The position numbers and the translations under genes were made by a program. A DNA stretch of 64,000 nucleotides from contig LBYP01000005.1 in NCBI GenBank assembly GCA_000996245.1, positions 10,305-74,304 of the forward strand, given 5' to 3'. Below are positions 60,251-64,000 of this stretch, piece after piece. Position 1 is the first letter of the stretch; each line of letters begins with the position of its first letter. This DNA comes from Parcubacteria group bacterium GW2011_GWA2_40_23. Lineage in GTDB: Bacteria; Patescibacteriota; Patescibacteriia; UBA11705; JABHMO01. The notes beneath the pieces are model-generated. The model worked only from the letters and a program-made list of their open reading frames with translations, was not told where the DNA came from and searched no databases.

Positions 60251-60943
60251 TTAGTTTTTTGATTTTTCTTTCCGCCACTCAGCAATTTTTTTATGATGTC
60301 CAGACAACAGTACTTCTGGCACTTTTAATCTTTTAGTTACTTGTTTTTTTGTTTTTTTGTTTTTTTGATTAAGTCCTCTCCTGTATGTAAATACTTCGGG
60401 TCGCGAATACTGCGGATATTCCAGATATCCTGGCGTCGAATGCGATTCTTCGTCCAGCGATTCGATTTTTCCTAGGACGCCAGGGATTAACCTCGTCACT
60501 GAGTCGATGATAACCGCCGCGCCAAGTTCTCCTCCAGTCAAAACATAATTTCCGATAGAGATTTCTTCGTCGACAAATTCAAGAATGCGTTCGTCATGTC
60601 CCTCATATCTTGGACAAATAAAAATAAGTTGATCGAGTTTAGAAAATTTTTGAGCCATTTGCTGATTCCAGGTTTTACCTTTGGCGGAAAGTAATATGAT
60701 TTTTGATTTTTTAGCTCGTCGAATTTTTTTCAGCGCTTTATAAATTGGTTCAACCATCATGACTTGACCAGGTCCGCCGCCATAAGGTCTGTCGTCCACA
60801 GTACCGTGATTGTCGACAGCATAGTCGCGCAAGTTGTGCATTTTAAAACTGACTATTTTCTTTTCTTGGGCAATCCGAATCATGCCCTTTTCAATGTAAG
60901 AGTCGAGGATTTCGGGGAAGATTGTGAGGATTTCGAATTTCAT
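60251..60943 (-). CDS. trmD: tRNA (guanine37-N1)-methyltransferase
   Basis: MKFEILTIFPEI ... DDRPYGGGPG. Confidence 0.85.
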   Translation of the reverse strand: MKFEILTIFPEILDSYIEKGMIRIAQEKKIVSFKMHNLRDYAVDNHGTVDDRPYGGGPGQVMMVEPIYKALKKIRRAKKSKIILLSAKGKTWNQQMAQKFSKLDQLIFICPRYEGHDERILEFVDEEISIGNYVLTGGELGAAVIIDSVTRLIPGVLGKIESLDEESHSTPGYLEYPQYSRPEVFTYRRGLNQKNKKTKKQVTKRLKVPEVLLSGHHKKIAEWRKEKSKN

Positions 60944-61134
60944 ATATTTTTGTTGTTGTAAATGTTGTATCGTTTCACTTGTTGAAATTGTTTACTGCTT
61001 TCATTGTCATCCTGCCCCGGACTAGATCCGGGGTTTTTAGTATCTGTTGACTCCATCGAGACGGGATTTTTGCAGATGCTGAAACGAGTTCAGCATGACA
61101 GTCAAATTATAGCTGATTATTGAGCAAAAAGAAA

Positions 61135-61162
61135 AACCACATTTTTGTGTGGTTTTTCTGAT
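61135..61162. terminator. bidirectional hairpin terminator downstream of the rpsP-KH operon
   Basis: aaccacat...tgtggtt with A-run and T-run flanks. Confidence 0.5.
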
Positions 61163-61182
61163 TGTATTTGAGAACGTTTTGC

Positions 61183-61506
61183 TTAGATTTTTAAATCATC
61201 AACAACGTCTGTATCAATAACACTTTCTGGACGGACATCTTCTCGTCTAACTCTTGTTGAACCTTCTGGTTCATTGATCTTTAAGTTAACGCGAGCGTTG
61301 TTTTGTGCGCCGACAATCTTTAAAAGAGTGCGGATAGACTTGGCTGTTTGACCTTGTTTACCGATGACATAACCCATGTCTGCTGGGTTGATATCAAGTG
61401 ATAATAGAACACCGCGTTCATCGATAGTACGAGTGATTTTGACATCGTTAGGGAACTGAACGATTCCTTTAACAATGTACTCTAGGAAGATTTGATCTTT
61501 TTCCAT
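61183..61506 (-). CDS. KH-domain RNA-binding protein (YlqC-like)
   Basis: VIGKQGQTAKSIRTLLKI. Confidence 0.7.
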   Translation of the reverse strand: MEKDQIFLEYIVKGIVQFPNDVKITRTIDERGVLLSLDINPADMGYVIGKQGQTAKSIRTLLKIVGAQNNARVNLKINEPEGSTRVRREDVRPESVIDTDVVDDLKI

Positions 61507-61628
61507 AGGATTCTTTACTCACAATTAATTTTTAACAAGATCGGTTCAAATTTCTGGAAATTTTATTCCCGCTAGTTTGAAAGATCTATGTACATTATAT
61601 CAAATAATATAACTTTTGTCAATCGTCT

Positions 61629-62069
61629 TTATGCTTGTGGAGCAGCTGGTTCAGCAGGTTTTTCTTCAACTGGAGCAGCTACTTCGACTGGTTTCTCTTC
61701 AACTACTGGAGCAACAGGTTCTACCGGTTTAGCAGCTGCAGCTTTCTTTTCAGCTTCAGCAGTAGCTGTTTTTGCTTTTTGAGCTAGTTTATCTTTACGT
61801 TTTTTGCTTAAGCGGGAAACGCGTTTCTTTTCTCCAGTGATAATGCCTTGAGATACCAAGAGGTTATAAACTGAGCTAGTTGGTTGAGCACCCTTACCTA
61901 AATATTCTTTGATGCGTTCAGCTTCTAACTTTATTTCTTTAGTTCTTGGATTATAGTTGCCTACGTTTTCTAGAACTCGGCCCCATGGATCTTTCATTTT
62001 GTCGACAATAACAAGACGGAAGTAGGGGTAACTTTTTTTGCCTGTACGAGATAATTTGATAGCTAACAT
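61629..62069 (-). CDS. rpsP: 30S ribosomal protein S16 with an Ala/Pro/Glu-rich C-terminal extension
   Basis: MLAIKLSRTGKKSYPYFRLVIVD. Confidence 0.85.
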   Translation of the reverse strand: MLAIKLSRTGKKSYPYFRLVIVDKMKDPWGRVLENVGNYNPRTKEIKLEAERIKEYLGKGAQPTSSVYNLLVSQGIITGEKKRVSRLSKKRKDKLAQKAKTATAEAEKKAAAAKPVEPVAPVVEEKPVEVAAPVEEKPAEPAAPQA

Positions 62070-62501
62070 AATTTAAGTTATAAGTTATAAGCGAGATAAG
62101 TTTTAAGCTTTTTTTAAATTACTTATAACTTGTCTCTCTAATTGATATTTTTAATGAAATATTTTTTATTGGTTTACCCTGAAGTTAAAAAGAGAATACT
62201 TTTTATACTGCAGGGTGACTTGATAATAACTTTTTTTATTCAATAAGTCAATGGTATTGGCGTTTTGACAAAGAATAGCGTTTGTGGGGAAGGGATTGCA
62301 TTTTTTGAGATTGTATGATAATATTTTGCTCACATTTGGCTATTTGAAGAGCTAGGTGGGAAGGCTATGTCAGTTATTGACAAAGTCTTAAAAATATGCT
62401 ATTATAGTAGGTCGTTTAATTAAAGCTGGACTAGGGTTATTAGGTGCTTTCTGAGCTTTTCATGAAGCCTAAATATACGCTAGTTTTAGCAAAAATTTAG
62501 T

Positions 62502-63047
62502 ATGAACTTACGTAAAGTGATAGATTCATCTTTATCTAAAGAGATCAAAACAGCCTTAGTGCTGGTTCTTATAGTGTTTGCTTTTAACATGACAGTACCT
62601 CAGCCGACGTATGCGTTTAGCTTTCCAAAAGCTGATGCTGTGAAGCAATATGTGTTACGAAGCTCTGTCCCTCTTGATCTTTTGACTGAGCGGTTCATCG
62701 ATGAAGAATTTGGCTTTGCTAAAGATGTGCCAGACGTGAAGGTTCTTAGAACTCACACTGTCGTAGCAACAGCTTATTCAAGCGATCCTGCACAAACCGA
62801 TAATACTCCTTGTATCACTGCCAACGGCTATGATGTTTGTAAGAGTGGTGAGGAAAATGTGATTGCAGCTAACTTTTTACGCTTTGGTACCAAGGTCAGA
62901 ATCCCTGAACTTTACGGTGACAAAGTGTTTACAGTTCAAGATAGAATGAATACCAAATATAACTCTCGTGTCGACTTTTGGAAGACTTCAAGAAATCGTG
63001 CGATTACCTTTGGCAAGAGATTAATAACAATTGAAGTGATTGAATAA
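62502..63047 (+). CDS. 3D-domain (MltA-like) cell-wall-associated protein
   Basis: VATAYS...DNTPCITANG...FGTKVRIP...VFTVQDRM pattern. Confidence 0.5.
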   Translation: MNLRKVIDSSLSKEIKTALVLVLIVFAFNMTVPQPTYAFSFPKADAVKQYVLRSSVPLDLLTERFIDEEFGFAKDVPDVKVLRTHTVVATAYSSDPAQTDNTPCITANGYDVCKSGEENVIAANFLRFGTKVRIPELYGDKVFTVQDRMNTKYNSRVDFWKTSRNRAITFGKRLITIEVIE

Positions 63048-63149
63048 TTCAACAAATAAAAATGTCCCGTTTATACGGGATATTTTTTTTACAATCAATG
63101 GCTTGCCACGAAAAAGTAGGGAACAAAAATCTTTGTTCCCTACTTTTTT

Positions 63150-63224
63150 TGGAGGCCTGGGTCGGGATTGAACCGACGAATAACGGTTTTGCAAACCGGT
63201 GCCTTACCACTTGGCGACCAGGCC
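63150..63224 (-). tRNA. tRNA-Cys (GCA)
   Basis: Anticodon loop TTGCAAA; trailer hairpin + TGGCAAGCCATTG of the same family. Confidence 0.8.
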
Positions 63225-63463
63225 ATTAATATTTTCTGTCGCCCGATTACACTTGCCTGCCCCGCATTCGAACGTAGTGAGTAGTGCGGGGGCGACCAGG
63301 CCACGCGAGATTATAATAACATGTAAAATCCATCTTTGCAACGGACAAAAATTGTTCAAGAATATCCTCAGCATGGGATTTTTTGATTGACATTATCATC
63401 AATCTTGAATAACATTGATGAGGTGCTTGTGGTGCCTTTAACCTGCCTTTGAAGGAGGCATTC

Positions 63464-64000
63464 ATGGATCGGTTACGAGCGAGTTTGGGAACAGCGAGAC
63501 GCGTTGCGGTTGTCTGCAACCAGTGGGGAGACACTGGTAAGGGCAAGATCGTGGATCTCTGGGTTGACTCGATGTTGAAGCAATCACACAAAGCAGTGTA
63601 CTGTTTCCGTGGCATCGGTGGCCCGAACGCTGGACATACCGTTGTTGCAGACGGTAAAACGGTTGTCTTGCATTCGTTGCCGAGTGGTGTTTTGCATGAC
63701 GCTGAGGGTTGTCGTTCTGTCATTGGTCCTGGCGCAGTGATCGACCCGCGTGCGACTGTTGCGGAGTTGGATGAGTTGGCAACGCTTTGTGGTCTCGATG
63801 TTCATTGTCTTTCGATTTCTCATATGGCTCCACTTATCCTTCCGCATCACATTCTGATTGACCGTGTTAAAGAAAAGACACAAGGGATTGGAACTACCGG
63901 TCGTGGCATTGGTCCCGCATATGCGGATTTGGTTGGGCGTAACGCAATTTTGATTAACGACTTGTTGAACCCGGAGAGCTTGAAAGAAAAACTCCAAGCA
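63464..64000 (+). CDS. purA: adenylosuccinate synthetase, N-terminal part (partial, runs off window end), GC-rich
   Basis: GAAGGAGG RBS; VAVVCNQWGDTGKGKIVD P-loop; no stop in window. Confidence 0.7.
   Translation, partial: MDRLRASLGTARRVAVVCNQWGDTGKGKIVDLWVDSMLKQSHKAVYCFRGIGGPNAGHTVVADGKTVVLHSLPSGVLHDAEGCRSVIGPGAVIDPRATVAELDELATLCGLDVHCLSISHMAPLILPHHILIDRVKEKTQGIGTTGRGIGPAYADLVGRNAILINDLLNPESLKEKLQA

Noticed and set aside
1-64000. Genome-wide alternative genetic code (TGA as sense)
   Set aside because: Most long genes (polA 921 aa, pilB, ychF, tsaD, metK) are intact with TGA unused inside, and TGA does terminate some genes. Only three clustered in-frame TGAs exist, so recoding is reported as a low-probability alternative rather than called.

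Overview
The window reads as a low-GC (~33-36%) backbone typical of a reduced-genome bacterium, Candidate Phyla Radiation-like, using the standard genetic code. Backbone genes are housekeeping: polA, ychF, a pilB/GspE-type ATPase, tsaE, tsaD, panD, metK, trmD, rpsP with a KH-protein gene, a 16S rRNA, and seven tRNAs. Six of the tRNAs lie in a minus-strand cluster downstream of the 16S. There are three TrmB-family regulators, several SAM-dependent methyltransferases, and a block of small metabolic and accessory genes at 20-36 kb. At least twelve sharply bounded GC-rich (~55-65%) islands interrupt the backbone. They are a partial DNA pol III delta gene region at 0.3-3.8 kb, a tandem paralog pair at 6.8-7.9 kb, and islands at 13.7-14.4, 18.9-20.0, 21.1-22.0, 30.4-31.8, 36.0-36.5, 38.2-39.5, 41.9-42.9, 46.8-47.3 kb and the partial purA at the 3' end. 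Most island genes have GGAGG-type ribosome-binding sites, and several have sigma70-like promoters and hairpin terminators. Several islands encode operons of very small zinc-ribbon and membrane proteins of unknown function. The second notable structure is that every tRNA is embedded in a conserved leader/trailer cassette of inverted, covarying hairpins with complementary GGGCTTGCCC / GGCAAGCC flanks. The third is a 5-kb zone (49.8-55 kb) where four genes are disrupted, three of them by single in-frame TGA codons. No CRISPR array or recognisable complete defense system was found. Homology calls are from motif recognition by eye only; no searches were run, and my manual coordinates for non-ORF-track features may be off by 1-2 nt.
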